Of a stretch of 64,000 nt of DNA, positions 26,540-39,646 are shown piece by piece. How positions within the stretch are numbered: the first letter of the stretch is position 1; every line of letters starts with the position of its first letter. Source of the DNA: Cetorhinus maximus (lineage: Eukaryota); contig NW_027597516.1 in the NCBI RefSeq assembly GCF_964194155.1, positions 1 to 64,000 on the forward strand, given 5' to 3'. The translations under genes were made by a program, and so were the position numbers. Under the pieces are notes generated by a model. It made no database searches. It was not told where the DNA came from and worked only from the letters and a program-made list of their open reading frames with translations.

Positions 26540-28330
26540 AAAGGTCTGGAAAGATGGGTTTTGAGACGATCTTTAAAAGTGGAGAGAGAATTGGAGATCA
26601 GTCAGGAGTTCTAGAGAATAAGCCGAGCCAACAGCAGGTTCTGCCACCAATCAGGTGTCAGATTTGGAGGGAGTCGCACAAAAGGCCAGAGTCGGAGGGT
26701 GAAAGGCTGCAGGATCGATACAAGACTGGAGGCACTTGCAGAGATGGTGGGAAAGGCTGTGGAGAGGAAAATGAGGATTTTAACCTTAAAATATTGGGAG
26801 ACAAAGTTCCACTTAATAGCTTGGTGAGTGGGACTTATTGCAGGGCAGGAAGAGAGTAGCAAAGTTTTGAACAAGTTGGAGGTTAAGGAAGATACAGGGC
26901 AGTAGGCAGGAAGGAGGACATTGGAGTCATCAAGTCTGGAGGTGCTGCAGGTTTCAGTAGGGGAGACAGTGGGGCTGGAGCGAGGCAGTGTAGTGGAGAT
27001 TGAAATGAGTGGCCTTGGTTTTATTTGTTTTGTATCTTCACACAATTTTTTTTCCCTTTGGGAAATAGTGGGAAAGTGTTGGAAGGATTAGTAGGCTGAT
27101 TATCGGCCTGTTGAACAATATCATGAATGTCCTTCCTTGCCCAACAAGTCCTGGAGTGGGGCTTTAACCCAGAGCTTCTGGTTCAGAGGCTGGAGTGATA
27201 CTTAGTGAGCCACAAGACTTCCTCAGTGGCCTTGGTGACTGTTGGGTTGTGGGTTTGTAGCTCGGCTCTGGGTTCAACAGGTTGCCAGCATTTCGTGAAC
27301 TGGTCCAGAGTGAGTGAGTGGCTGGGTGGAAAGAGATTGGAATTGATGGAAGTTGAAAACAATGCTTTGATGTTAGGATGGAAGAAATTGTAATTCATCC
27401 AGATTTGATGTGAGGGAGCAGGGAGGAGATTGGTGGTGGAGAGACAGAGCTAGGTGTCCCCTTCTTTATAGATGGTGCCACTAAGTTGCAGCAAGTAAAT
27501 GGAGTAGAAGAGATGGCTGATAGACCCTTGGGGGACTGCAGAGATGAATGTGAAGAAATGGTCAGGGATATGTTGCTTTGGGAAAAAAAGAAACCAGATT
27601 GCTGGGAATTGAATTGGGAGTTTTGAGAGGTGGAGAGAAGGCTACAAGCAACAATGCATTCAGGTACCTTGGGAATGTTAGGGATGATATTTTAGATGGC
27701 GGGGACAAAGGTCAAAGTGTGTTTTCTAAAGAGTGGGTGGTGGAGAGTTTTGAAAGGGGATGCAGGGAAAAGTTATGTCAGCAAGCATGGGATCTTGGGA
27801 AAGAAATTTGAGTGAGATGGGGTCTTGCCACATTGGCGTGCCTCAGATTGACTCTTGTCCCATTGGCTTAGCCTCTGCATCAAATAACTGTGTCCTTGGT
27901 GATTTTAACCTCCCTTGCTCATTTCCAGAGATGGGGAGCGATGAGGCCACAGAAGGATTTAAGTACAAGGGTAAGAATATAAATTTGAGGCGATGGGGAA
28001 CAGGGAGCCAATGTATGTCAACAGGGACAGGAGTGATAACTATGGGATAACTAGGGGTAGGGAACAGGTACCAGGATTTTGGATCAGCTGAGGTTTGTGA
28101 ATACAGAAATTGTAATTCATTCAGATATGGTTTGAGGCATCATGGAGGAGGTTGTGGTGGAGAGGCAGAGCTGGGTATATATTAATGGTGCCACTAAGGA
28201 GCAGCAGGTAAATGGAGAAGACGAGATGGTTGTTGATAGATCCTTGAAGGATTGCGGAGATGAATGTGAGGAAATGGCCTGGCTGGAAGAGCAACATTTT
28301 AAACTTTGTGAAGAGCAATCAACTCGTTAG
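26540..28330 (-). mobile_element. Old L2-like LINE fragments
   Basis: Purine-rich decayed sequence. The minus strand gives RLDDSNVLL and ILQGSI..LVFSIYLL, L2-type RT remnants. Confidence 0.5.
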
Positions 28331-28577
28331 TGAGTGACACTGAGCAGGAGCTTGTACAACCGGTTTCCATGGTGACACGGGCATTGGGCAGCTGTTAACG
28401 TCCTGTTATTTGCAATACCTTTAACATTAATAAAAGGTCATTTTTATTTGGCCTAACAGTACCCTAACACTACCAGTCTTGGACAGAGGCCAAGGAGACT
28501 CCAACCTTAGTCGTTATATTTTATTTATCTACTTTGTGTTTGAACTGAGTCGCTGCTCTTATTCCTGGGTTTTACAG

Positions 28578-28752
28578 CTGAGGAGAAGAAGGCAGGAGCT
28601 ACCACCCCAATCCGCATCCGATCGAGTGGCAGGAAGGATTCCATCTCCGATGATGAAGTGATTCTGAGAGAGCGAGGTTATGATTACAAGTCACGCTATT
28701 GTGGTCACTGTAATACTACCACTGACATCAAGGAAGCCAACTTTTTTGGAAG
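28578..28752 (+). CDS. WDTC1: WDTC1 coding exon
   Basis: tacag|CT GAG GAG ... GGA AG|gtaatt. Encodes EEKKAGATTPIRIRSSGRKDSISDDEVILRERGYDYKSRYCGHCNTTTDIKEANFFG. Confidence 0.96.
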
Positions 28753-29019
28753 GTAATTTCCTAATTTACAAGGAAGCAGCAGATTTTGTTTAACACTCTT
28801 AAACTGGAATGTGTGCAGAATCAATCTTTGAATATATTGCAACAAAAGGTGACTTAAAAGAAAGTATGCAGTTGTCCATTATTCTGTAAAATGTTCCTGA
28901 GATTGTTTTTAAGGACAGTTTCCCTAGCTGTTGGGGATAGGTCCAAATTGAGTAAACATAAGGGGCATTCTCAGAATGGCAGTTCCAGTCTTACTCCCTC
29001 GTGCTTTTTTTAATCTTCT

Positions 29020-29500
29020 TTCCCAGAGATTGCTGTGGTGTTTTCATCCATGCCTTTGACACCTCCAAACTGGACTATTCTAATGCTCTCCTGAATGACC
29101 TACCATCTCGCACCCTCCATAAACTTGAGTTCATCCAAAACTCTGTTGCCTGTATCCTAAATCACACCAAGTCCCATTCACTCATTGCCCCTGTGCTTGT
29201 TGACCTAAATTGGCTTAAAATTCTCATCCTTGTGTTCAAATTCCTCCTTCAATACTAGCCTCTTGTGTGTGCATCCCCGACTTTCATTACTCCACCATTG
29301 TCCGTGCTTTCAGCTGCCTTGGCCCTAAGCTCTGCAGTTCCTTCCCTAAACCCCTCTCTCTATCTCTCTCTCCCTTCCTTTAAAACACTCCTTAAAACCT
29401 AACTCTTTAACCAGGCTTTTAGTCACCCATCGTAATATGTCCTCAGTGTCAAATTTTGTTAAAATGTTCTTATGAAGTGCTTTGATACATTTTACTATGT
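29020..29500 (+). mobile_element. L2 LINE 3' fragment
   Basis: IHAFDTSKLDYSNALL..LHKLEFIQNSVACIL motif of the L2 RT C-terminus. Confidence 0.75.
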
Positions 29501-30679
29501 TCATTTTGGGCTCAAAAGGGAATTTCCAAGAGTTTTTCCATAAAATGGCTGCGATGTTCTGTGTTTTTGTGCCTGTATCAAGGGATTGCATGGTCTGGCA
29601 GTGGATCTCTATACCCTAATCCATGAGACAGGCTTGATGGGCCTGCTGGCTTTTTCTGTGTATCTATGAAAACTTTGCTCAGTATTTGTAGAAGAGTGTA
29701 AGGGAAGTCTCGATTTTTTTTGGGGGGACTTTATCTGGAGATGAAAAGAATTAATCTAAGAGGTGGGGTTAAATGGTCAATGATAATGACAATCAGTAGA
29801 TACCTGTATTAAGGAATCAGTTCTCAAGAGGATTAGGACATTAACAAATTCAGTAGAGATGGCAGCAATAATACAGCTGTTCAAATAGGGGGAAAGGGAT
29901 AATCCAGGCAACTACTTCTGGTGAACTAGTTAGTTGTTGATTGGCTCCAATTGATTTCCTAAATTGCCTAAGTAAATGACTAGGGCATGGACTGATCAGA
30001 GATGGTCAGTGAAGAGCTGGCTAATGATGGAATTCTTTTGAGAGAATATGGAAAGCATGGGTGTGGCTGGGAGTGGGTAGGATAGGGTGGATTACACTTA
30101 TATAAATTTAAAGTATTTGACAAATTGCTGGATGGGGAACTGTTTGGCTGGGTTTAAAAAGAATATAACATTTCAAGGTTTGTTGAGCTAAGTGGACTAG
30201 CAACTCTCCTGGAGACAGAAACAGGCTACAGAAATGGGAAGATAAGTAGTAGGTGGAAAATACAGAAAGAAGTGAGGTAATAAATTTTGGAAACAGGAAC
30301 AAAGAATGCAAATACAGAGCTTGATGCTAAAATTCAGTGGGAATAGCCTGAGATTCTCCCTGTCAGATGCTCTAATCTGGATTTATTGGGATGTGTCATG
30401 TATGCTGCATTCTCATGTGGTCAAAATGGCTAAACTATTACAGCATTGAAAACTCTATGGAATAGAATATGAAAGGTCTTGGGGCTTGGTACAAAGTGGA
30501 GTTGCCTTTGAAAATAGCCTAGCTTAGCATAGGCAAGAAAGGCTGAATGGTCTCCTTTTATGTTTGAATGTCTAAAAGAAGAATAATTGACTTTGTTTAA
30601 TTTGAGTGAGTGTGCTGTGTCACTGGCTACAGATCGCCATGTTTTGTAGTTTCTTGCTCCTGAAGGCACTGTCTCAGGC

Positions 30680-31506
30680 TGTTAGGAAAATATAATAATT
30701 TTCATAATGTTATTGGAATTTATTGTAAGGTAGGAATAGTGTGTGTCTGTGTGGAACTTAATTGAATTAAAGACAGCTGGTCTGAAGGCTTTGAGGTGTC
30801 AGAAGAGAAGCTAGGTTTGAAATGTTGAATAGGTAAACATGGCTGAAGTTTTAGAATGTGAGGTATAAAGGGAAAATTTGCATTTTTAGATAAATCAGAG
30901 TAATTTGAATTTGAAAGAGGTGGTGAAATGAAAGACTTAGTCGGAAGAAGCTAAACAGTGAGTTTATTTTTACCAAAGCTCATTGATAAAATTGGTACTA
31001 TGAAAGATATTTATTATTAGCAAAGTAGAGCTGAAAAGACATATTGGGACAATGGGATTTGCATTAAGAAGGGAGAAACCTGTAAAAAGGAGATGAGGAT
31101 ATGTGTAAGAGGAAGGCATTCTAAGACTTAACAGTGTGAAAAGGCTCCAGCCTCTAAGCCTCAAGTTGCTGTCTACATGAACTGAAGTGAAGAAAACTCA
31201 CTTTGAATTTGACTGTTCAGGGTATCGTGTTATTTACCTGGATTTTTTAAAATCTCTTTTACTGTTGCCTTAACATAGTTAGATTAACTAGGAGAGCTAG
31301 GAGTTATCATAGCAGTAATTTGTAAACCTATGTATGTGCTTAAAATCATTTTTTATTAATTTAGTTTTGTAAGAAACCTATAAGACTCAGTGGTCTTATT
31401 ATTACTGAATTCAAGGCACGCATCTCGAAATAAATACAAATTGTAAAATAGTTTTGGCAGTTATTTCAAATTTCCCTCTGAGATTTGCATCTGCTGTGCC
31501 ATAACA
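30680..31506 (+). mobile_element. Solo LTR-like element inserted into a SINE
   Basis: TGTTAGG...CCATAACA inverted termini, related to 20001-20926. SINE-like sequence lies on both flanks. Confidence 0.55.
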
Positions 31507-31786
31507 AGCTTGGGAGTGAATTCTGCTGCTAATGTGCCCAAGTGACCTTGTCTGAACCTCACATTGTCTGAACCTCACAGTGATGATTAACTGGATGGGG
31601 CTGACAATTGAGCTTGATTCCGTCCTTACACACTGAACTTTGCTTCAGGAGTCACCGGCTGGTAATTGCCAATCTCTGACCCAGACACTGAGAACTGGTT
31701 GTCCCTCGTGCCGAATCAGTGACAGTCAACCCTCTCTTTCGATGTCTAAACCTTAACCTACCCTGAGACATATGAGGGATGGCCCT

Positions 31787-32734
31787 TGGGAGTGTGGAAG
31801 GTGATTCGTAGGAGTGTGGAAGGTGATTCGTAGGAGTGTGGAAGGTGATTCGTAGGAGTGTGGAAGGTGATTCGTAGGAGTGTGGAAGGTGATTCGTAGG
31901 AGTGTGGAAGGTGATTCGTAGGAGTGTGGAAGGTGATTCGTAGGAGTGTGGAAGGTGATTCATAGGAGTGTGGAAGGTGATTCATAGGAGTGTGGAAGGT
32001 GATTCATAGGAGTGTGGAAGGTGATTCATAGGAGTGTGGAAGGTGATTCATAGGAGTGTGGAAGGTGATTCATAGGAGTGTGGAAGGTGATTCATAGGAG
32101 TGTGGAAGGTGATTCATAGGAGTGTGGAAGGTGATTCATAGGAGTGTGGAAGGTGATTCATAGGAGTGTGGAAGGTGATTCATAGGAGTGTGGAAGGTGA
32201 TTCATAGGAGTGTGGAAGGTGATTCATAGGAGTGTGGAAGGTGATTCATAGGAGTGTGGAAGGTGATTCATAGGAGTGTGGAAGGTGATTCATAGGAGTG
32301 TGGAAGGTGATTCATAGGAGTGTGGAAGGTGATTCATAGGAGTGTGGAAGGTGATTCATAGGAGTGTGGAAGGTGATTCATAGGAGTGTGGAAGGTGATT
32401 CATAGGAGTGTGGAAGGTGATTCATAGGAGTGTGGAAGGTGATTCATAGGAGTGTGGAAGGTGATTCATAGGAGTGTGGAAGGTGATTCATAGGAGTGTG
32501 GAAGGTGATTCATAGGAGTGTGGAAGGTGATTCATAGGAGTGTGGAAGGTGATTCATAGGAGTGTGGAAGGTGATTCATAGGAGTGTGGAAGGTGATTCA
32601 TAGGAGTGTGGAAGGTGATTCATAGGAGTGTGGAAGGTGATTCATAGGAGTGTGGAAGGTGATTCATAGGAGTGTGGAAGGTGATTCATAGGAGTGTGGA
32701 AGGTGATTCATAGGAGTGTGGAAGGTGATTCATA
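31787..32734 (+). repeat. 22-bp minisatellite (TAGGAGTGTGGAAGGTGATTCR), about 43 copies
   Basis: Near-perfect tandem array with a period of 22 read directly. Confidence 0.97.
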
Positions 32735-32820
32735 GTAAAAGGAAATCTGTGTGACTGTAGCTAAAATTGTTCATTTTTTGTGACAAATGATTCCTGCAAT
32801 GAATTTCTCTTGTCTTTCAG

Positions 32821-33013
32821 TAATGGCCAGTACATTGTCAGTGGTTCAGATGATGGATCCTTCTTCATCTGGGAGAAAGAGACAACAAATCTTGTTCGTG
32901 TTCTGCAAGGCGACGAGTCGATTGTCAACTGTCTGCAGCCTCACCCAAAGCACTGCTTCCTCGCGACAAGTGGCATTGATCCTGTGGTTCGCCTCTGGAG
33001 CCCGAGACCAGAA
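32821..33013 (+). CDS. WDTC1: WDTC1 coding exon (C-terminal WD40)
   Basis: ttcag|T AAT GGC ... CCA GAA|gtatga. Encodes NGQYIVSGSDDGSFFIWEKETTNLVRVLQGDESIVNCLQPHPKHCFLATSGIDPVVRLWSPRPE. Confidence 0.97.
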
Positions 33014-33599
33014 GTATGAACTCTAAGTGACTGTAGACCCTGTAGTGATAGCCCTATTGGGAGAGAACAAAAGCTACCTATTAACCCAAAACTAGCCCTG
33101 AATGAGATAGCTACCTGCTGACCCAATACTATCCCAACTAAATCAATAGGACGGAGCAATTTGCCCAATTAATTCATTGGATAGGTATAGTGATGTTTGC
33201 ATTTGTGGGGTGTCCAAATATAGGGATCATAAGTACAAGATAGTCGATGCTAAATTCTGAGAGAAACTTCTTTACGCAGAGAGTGGTTAGGATGTAGAAC
33301 TTGCTACCTTATAGAGTAGTTGAGTAAATTAACATTGATGTATTTAAGGGGAAAATATATAAACACAAGAGAGGAAGGAATGAAGTTATGCTGAGGAGGG
33401 AGGTGAAGCATAAACAGAGGCATACACCAGTTGGGCTGAATTGCCTGTTCTGTGCTGTAAATTCTATGAAAAAAATTCAATTGGTCTGACCCAATGCCCT
33501 TCCTAAGTTGCCATACAATGTGTTCTATAAGTCAATGGTTTTCAAACTGTACTGCATTTTGGGAAGACTGAAGCCATTGTCTTTGGTTCCCTCCACAAA

Positions 33600-34310
33600 C
33601 TTTACTCCCTAACCAGTAACTCCATCTGTCTCCCTGGAAATTGTCTGAGGCTGAACCAGACCATTCGCAACCTAGGTGTCATACTTGTCACTGAGGTGAG
33701 TGCCTGACCACATACTGTGCCATCAGTAAGACTGCCTATTTCCACCTCTGAAATCATCTGCCTTAGCTCATCTGCTGCATGCCTTTGTTACCTATAGATT
33801 TGACCATTTCAACACACTCCTAGCTGGCCCCACACAGTTCTACCCTCCATAAACTTAGGTCATCCAAAGTTCTGCTGCCTGTGTCCTAACTTGCACCGAG
33901 TCCTCTTCACCCATCACCCCTGTACTTGCTGACCTACATTGGTTCGCAGGCAAGCAATGCCTCAGTTTTAAAATTCTCACCCTTGTTTTGAAATCCTTCT
34001 ATGTACTTACTGGCCCCTTCCTATCTCAGTAATTTCTTTCTGCCTGACAGCCCTCAGATATCTGCACTCCTCTAATTCTGGTCTCTTGCGCATCCTGACT
34101 TTAATTGGCCTGTTGTTGATGGCTATGTCTTCAGCTGCCAAGGCCCTAAATTCTGGAATTCCCTCCCCCTAAAACCTACCTCATTGGTCAAGTTTTTGGT
34201 TATCTACCCCAATACCTCCTGTGGTTTGCTGCCAAATGTTGTTTTCTGACACTTCTGTGAAGCATCTTGATGCGTTTTATTATGTTAAGGGCATCAACAA
34301 GTTGTTTTGA
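33600..34310 (+). mobile_element. L2 LINE 3' fragment
   Basis: Similar to 29020-29500 (cgcaacctaggtgtcata, accctccataaactt, ctggaattccctccc). Confidence 0.7.
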
Positions 34311-34890
34311 GTGAGGTGAAGTGGGAACAGTAAAGGCTTCCGAAATAAATTTGGTGTCAGTGGGTATCAATGATGAGCAGGAGAGAAGCTATGGGGAAGT
34401 AGTACAGAAAATGTCCTTTTTATTGAACTAAAACCTAAACTTTGACTTTTAACTTTTGTAACTGCAGGTCAGTTAATAGAGAGTGGGTCACTGGTCAGGT
34501 TTTGTTAGTTCCTTTGTAGTTTGGGACTGACTGACCCTTGAAACTACTTGAGACTGAAAGGAATGTAATTGTTCAAGCCCAGCTCAAGCTGAGCACATAT
34601 CACGGAGCGAGGCAGAGAGAGTAACTTCTGAAATGGAAATTGTACTGAGGAGGAAGGGACTGCTAAGTAGACTTACTAATTTTGTGCAAAAGGAATATAA
34701 ATTTTAAAATAAAACAAAGCAAACTTTAAAATGGCACCAGAGGAATCTTGCATGGAACATTGCATTGTACCATCAGCACACAGCACTATCACTGCTGTAC
34801 CATCCTGCCCCAGTGGTTGAGCACATGTGTTAGACTGAGGAGCTGATTAGAGCCTGGTGGGAGAGCTGATTTATGTTGTTGTTTTTCCAG

Positions 34891-35085
34891 AGTGAAGATC
34901 AAAATGAGCGAGTGATTGAAGATATGGAGGGGGCTTCACAGGCGAACCAGCGGCGAATGAATGCAGACCCACTTGAGGTCATGCTCTTGAATATGGGATA
35001 CAGGATTACTGGACTTACCAACAGCGGGATGGCCTCAGATGATGAGGAAAACTCTGAAGGCCAGGTGCAGTGCCGGCCGAGCTAA
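34891..35085 (+). CDS. WDTC1: WDTC1 final coding exon
   Basis: tccag|AGT GAA GAT ... Encodes SEDQNERVIEDMEGASQANQRRMNADPLEVMLLNMGYRITGL...GQVQCRPS followed by TAA, matching the human C-terminus. Confidence 0.97.
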   Translation, partial: SEDQNERVIEDMEGASQANQRRMNADPLEVMLLNMGYRITGLTNSGMASDDEENSEGQVQCRPS

Positions 35086-37943
35086 ACTGCAACCCCAACA
35101 ACAGCGTACTTGGGACAGACCAGGAACAACTCTCAGTTCAGTGTGTCTGTGGCTGAAAACACTGCACTGTCCTCAGCTACGCACCAAAAGCTTGGTTCAG
35201 GAAGCATTGACAGGGTTTGCATTCTTTCCAACACCTATCAGACTCACTTATGAATGAGCCCCATACCAGTCTGCAGAAGTCTCAGAGAGTGATGCTACTA
35301 CCCTCTCAGGAACAGCTAACTGGGCCAAACCTGGCCTGAATCGCATATAGGAGACTTCAAATTGTTTCTGGTGATTGGAAAAGACTCATTTGATAAGCAG
35401 ATCTTTTTGTAAATTGTCTAGATGCTGCTTTCAGTTTGTATAAATGCTTCCTCCTCTATCACATTCAGTCCCTTTGTAGTAATGGGTTCTGCACAATCCA
35501 TTAGCAACAAGCAGCCAATAATATGGAGGCAAAATGCACTCCCTTCATAGTCCTGGAGCCATCACTTAGAGTCCCAGGGCATCTTGATGCAGCTTTCATT
35601 GCAGGCAGTAGAGGGTCATGGCAGTTGTCACACCCCTCAGTCACTGCCATATTTGTGACTCCTTTGCCTGACTCTGCCCCAGTTTACAATGTTCATACAG
35701 GATGTGTAGCTAAACACGATCTAACAGAGATCTCTGCATCATCAATGGGGATGTAGGACTGTGGACACAGGATGAAATCACAATGTACATGCAGCGAGGA
35801 GACTGTCCATGGTGAAGAATGGGAGTTGTCAGGAATACTTTGTTGTGAACAATCTAGGGTGGGGTTTGCAAAGTGTAATACTGCCCTCTCCTGGAATGCT
35901 TCTTCCAGGGTGTCCTTTTACTCGGGTGTCACTAAAACTCTGCCAAGCCCCAGTCCCATCAGGAGCTCGGAATCAAATATTCCATTAGCAGAACAGATTT
36001 AAGATGAATATGGGGGGGGGAGGATTTCTTAAGTATCTTTGGTTTCTTTTGCTGGCTGTTTCTTTTTGATGACTTCTGTTGCGATGTGTGAACTAGTTTA
36101 AGTATTGAGCTATCAGCTTTGAGAAGAAGCAGCATTGCTGTTGGTAAAGCTAGAGAAGGATTGATTGGTTTAGTTCTCATTCTGATTCCTAATTTGCTGT
36201 TCAAAGTGTAGCAAATTTTGTGGGGTTTGGCTGAAAGTTGTAGTGTGAGGTAGGGGAGAATGTTTCAGTTCTGGGCAGGTTGGGGAAACACTGGGTAACT
36301 GTGTGAAAGACTGGAAAGGGAGGGAAGCAAACTGACAATGCGGTAGGAAGTAATTCAAATAGCAACAACTAACTGCAACCATTCTGTTAAACACTGACCC
36401 AAGCAATCTGAGCACTCTACCTGATTTGTAGAGTGGGTTAGCAAGCTATTGTTCTACCTCTGAAACTTGTGTTGGGATCTAATGAAGAGATGGGATTTTG
36501 CCTGCCAGTGTAAAGTTCCAGCTCGTGAAAGTTTCAGGAGGTTCCACTCAAATTGACTGAAAATGTGGCACCCAAACTGATATGTTCACAAGAGTGGCAG
36601 ATATGGGAAATGGAATGTCTTACTGACAGCAGGGGATAATGTTTTAGGGCAGAGTGCAGTGTATAAAGGAGTGCTGTTTTAAGAGGGTGTGCTATATATA
36701 AAGAGGCATGATTGTGAGGAGCTATGATGTTGTGTATAGCAGAAGGTGGGGTTAAGGTGCTGTGTATTGATTGGTTTTGCAGTGATTGATGCTACAAGTA
36801 GTCAACATTAATGATCATCTCACTTCCTGGACAAACAAATCCATAGCATGCAGAGGCTCCTCTGCTACAAGTTCTATTTGCATTTTAAGACATGTCCAGT
36901 TGCATTATACTGAATTGATGGTGAGTTTGTGTAATAGTGGTCACTTAATCCAGCTTCACTTGGAAAGATTTGTTCATCAATGTATTTTAATAGCCACTAA
37001 TTTATTGCTTTCATGAGCTGGCTGCAATCTGCAAGGCTCAGTTAGAAATTCCTCTGCCTGTGCAATAAAGGCCAAATTTGACAGGGTCAGTCACCAATCA
37101 CCTATGACTGCCCTTGCAGTTATTATACTGGGTATGCTGTGGCTGATTGATCATCTAGTTATTGATCAGTTGCTGAGAGCGTGAACTGCTAGATTATTGC
37201 AGGCTGGTGTTTCCTGAAATCCTCCCTAAGGGCTATAGCATTAGAATTCAACCAGGAGCTCATGGCTCAGTGAGGTGCCTAATCCTAGGACAGAGAGGCT
37301 GTGGTGGAGGAGCAGGCTTGATTGAAATGTTGCCAGACCCAGTGTTTCATTGCCAGCTGCTCCCACCATCAGCTATCATGCCCGTGACTACTTTGTTAAA
37401 TTACATTTTTAAAGTATAATTTAGGTTTTGGTGGGACTGTTAATAGGAAAAATTATTCCACTTAAAATCCTGCCCAATATCTTCACTGGGATTGTTGCTC
37501 ATTTGCCATTGTTTGAGTCTTGATCTGAAGCTGTAACCCCCTGTGGGGTCAGCCAGTATGTGACATGGAAAAGATCATCAGTGGGGTCAGTCAGCAGGGT
37601 TGAGTGGTGGGGTAGGTGTTTGGGTCAGTCAGTGTGCTAGATATTCCTCTGCAGTAATTGCATTCTCCCCACTCCCACCCAATTCATGAGCTCAGTGCCA
37701 ATTGCTTGTTTAAACCTCACTCAGTTTGTTGCTCCTGTCCTTGCCTGTGATTTGATGAGGAATTATCCGTGGGAAGCTGCTAACTGTAAAAATTAAATTG
37801 TTAATCCACGGTTGTGATGAGTTTAAAGCCAGCATTAAATGGCGAGTTTAGCAGAATGCTGTTTGGTTTGGTTGCTAATAATTCATACTTGTATGGGGGC
37901 TGCTGCTTTCAAGTTTGTAGTTACACTCAATGTACATCAGTGC

Positions 37944-37949
37944 AATAAA
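37944..37949 (+). terminator. Candidate distal WDTC1 polyadenylation signal (another AATAAA at 37064)
   Basis: AATAAA at the end of a roughly 2.9-kb repeat-poor stretch after the stop codon; repeats resume just after it. Confidence 0.55.
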
Positions 37950-38019
37950 AACACAAACCGCAGTACTCTGCTTGCATTCAAATATTAAACGTGCTGCACG
38001 CTCTCCAACAGCCACAATC

Positions 38020-38430
38020 TGTGCATGAGCGCTGTCACTGACCAGTGCACATCTCAGTTCGGCTTAAAATCATGGGTTTGAGTCCCACTCCAAAGACTTT
38101 AGCAGACTGATTCCATTGCAACACTGTGAAAGTGCTACACTTGCAAAAAGTGCTATCTTTCAGATGCAGTATTAAACTGAGGCACCTCCTACCTCCTCAG
38201 TTGGATGGGAAAGATCTCATGGCTACTATTGAAAGAGCAGGGGCATTCTCCTTTAGTATCCTGGCAAACATTTAGCGCTCAACCAACATCACTAAAATAG
38301 AATTACTAGGTTATTTACCCCTTTGTGTGTGGAATCTATGCACTAATTGGTAACTGCATTTCCCTACACAGCTATGGGGATGTTTTAAAGTCATAAAAGA
38401 CGCTGTCTCAATATAAAGGTCTTCCTTTTT
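38020..38430 (+). mobile_element. tRNA-derived SINE
   Basis: B-box-like GGGTTTGAGTCCC; the body is the reverse complement of the 17270-17730 family. Confidence 0.6.
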
Positions 38431-39524
38431 TATATCCAAGTAGAAAAGTAAAAGTACAAAAACTAAACCAGATTATTTATGGAGATGAATGAGCTGAGAG
38501 GTGGAAGGAGAAATTGTCACCCCCTTGCCCATCCCCCTCTTCAGTGCAATGTGATCAATTGGAGATCAGTCTTTTCAAGGTTCTGTAATGGTGTGGAGAA
38601 TATTTTGACTTGAGATCGAAAATGTCAGATTTAAAATCTCACCTCTCTGGGGTTTGGAAATTGTTTGTGCAATGGCCAACTGATGAGGTGAGCTCTCCTG
38701 ATGCCAGTCAATGTGACCAAAAGCAACAACTTTAATGAATGTGTCCAGGTGTGTGATCTGTTGTTTGGGCCCTTTAAACATTAATATCAGCACAGCCAGC
38801 AGTGCAATCCTATGGGGAAAGGGCACCTGTCACATGGAACAAATAATATGTAAACATTTGTTTTTGAATGGGGGAGGAGAGTAATCCAATGGATGTCTAT
38901 TTTGACTTACAAAAAGCTTTGGATAATGCACCAATACACGATTGAAGACTCTGCTAATACACTGACTGACTGGTTGGATGTAGGCAGAATAGTTCAAGAT
39001 GGATTTGAATTGATTTAGGAACCAGGAGTGTCTCATAGGGATTGGTGTTGGGACCATTGCTCTTTATTGTTTCTATTTAAAGATGCAGATGATGTTAGCT
39101 CAATTAAACCAAGATCTGTGCCAGTGCTAGGACAGTGGACAATACTTGACCACATCAGTCGGATCTTGAGAGCTGCGGGAACGGATTTTTGATTTGGGTA
39201 AAAGCAGTGGATAGGGCAAATGTTGAACTTGCTTTCACCCTTTAGGAAAAAGCAGGAAAGAGATCTGGGAAATCTAGTGTAGGCTGGTGGCTGTAGGTAT
39301 ATTTGTATGAGCTAAACCTCGATAGTGATATTAAATTTCCTCCCTTTGAGAACGGGTAACGATCTCCAGGAAAGGCCCTGGAAGCTGTAGTCCCACCAGA
39401 TTCAAAGGCAGAGATTGTAAATCATGTAACACCGTCTACACCCTCCCATCAAACAGTCTCATGGCAGGTAGAGCACAGATTAGAAACAGAGTAAAGCTCT
39501 CTCGGTCTATGAGTGAAATAAATA

Positions 39525-39530
39525 TTTATT
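39525..39530 (-). terminator. Polyadenylation signal of the TRNP1-like gene
   Basis: TTTATT on + (AATAAA on -), about 117 nt after the stop codon. Confidence 0.65.
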
Positions 39531-39646
39531 TTAATTTAATTTACATTCTGATTGAGAGAAGATTCAGGGTCCTGGGAAATTACGCAACCGACCTGCGGCT
39601 CCTGGCCGGTCGGCCCGTCACCCGGCCCCCTATCCCCCGGCTCCCC

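Noticed and set aside
31787-32734. Possible CRISPR-like array or coding repeat
   Set aside because: The units are directly adjacent with no unique spacers, the context is a vertebrate intron, and the ORFs are by-products of the repeat.
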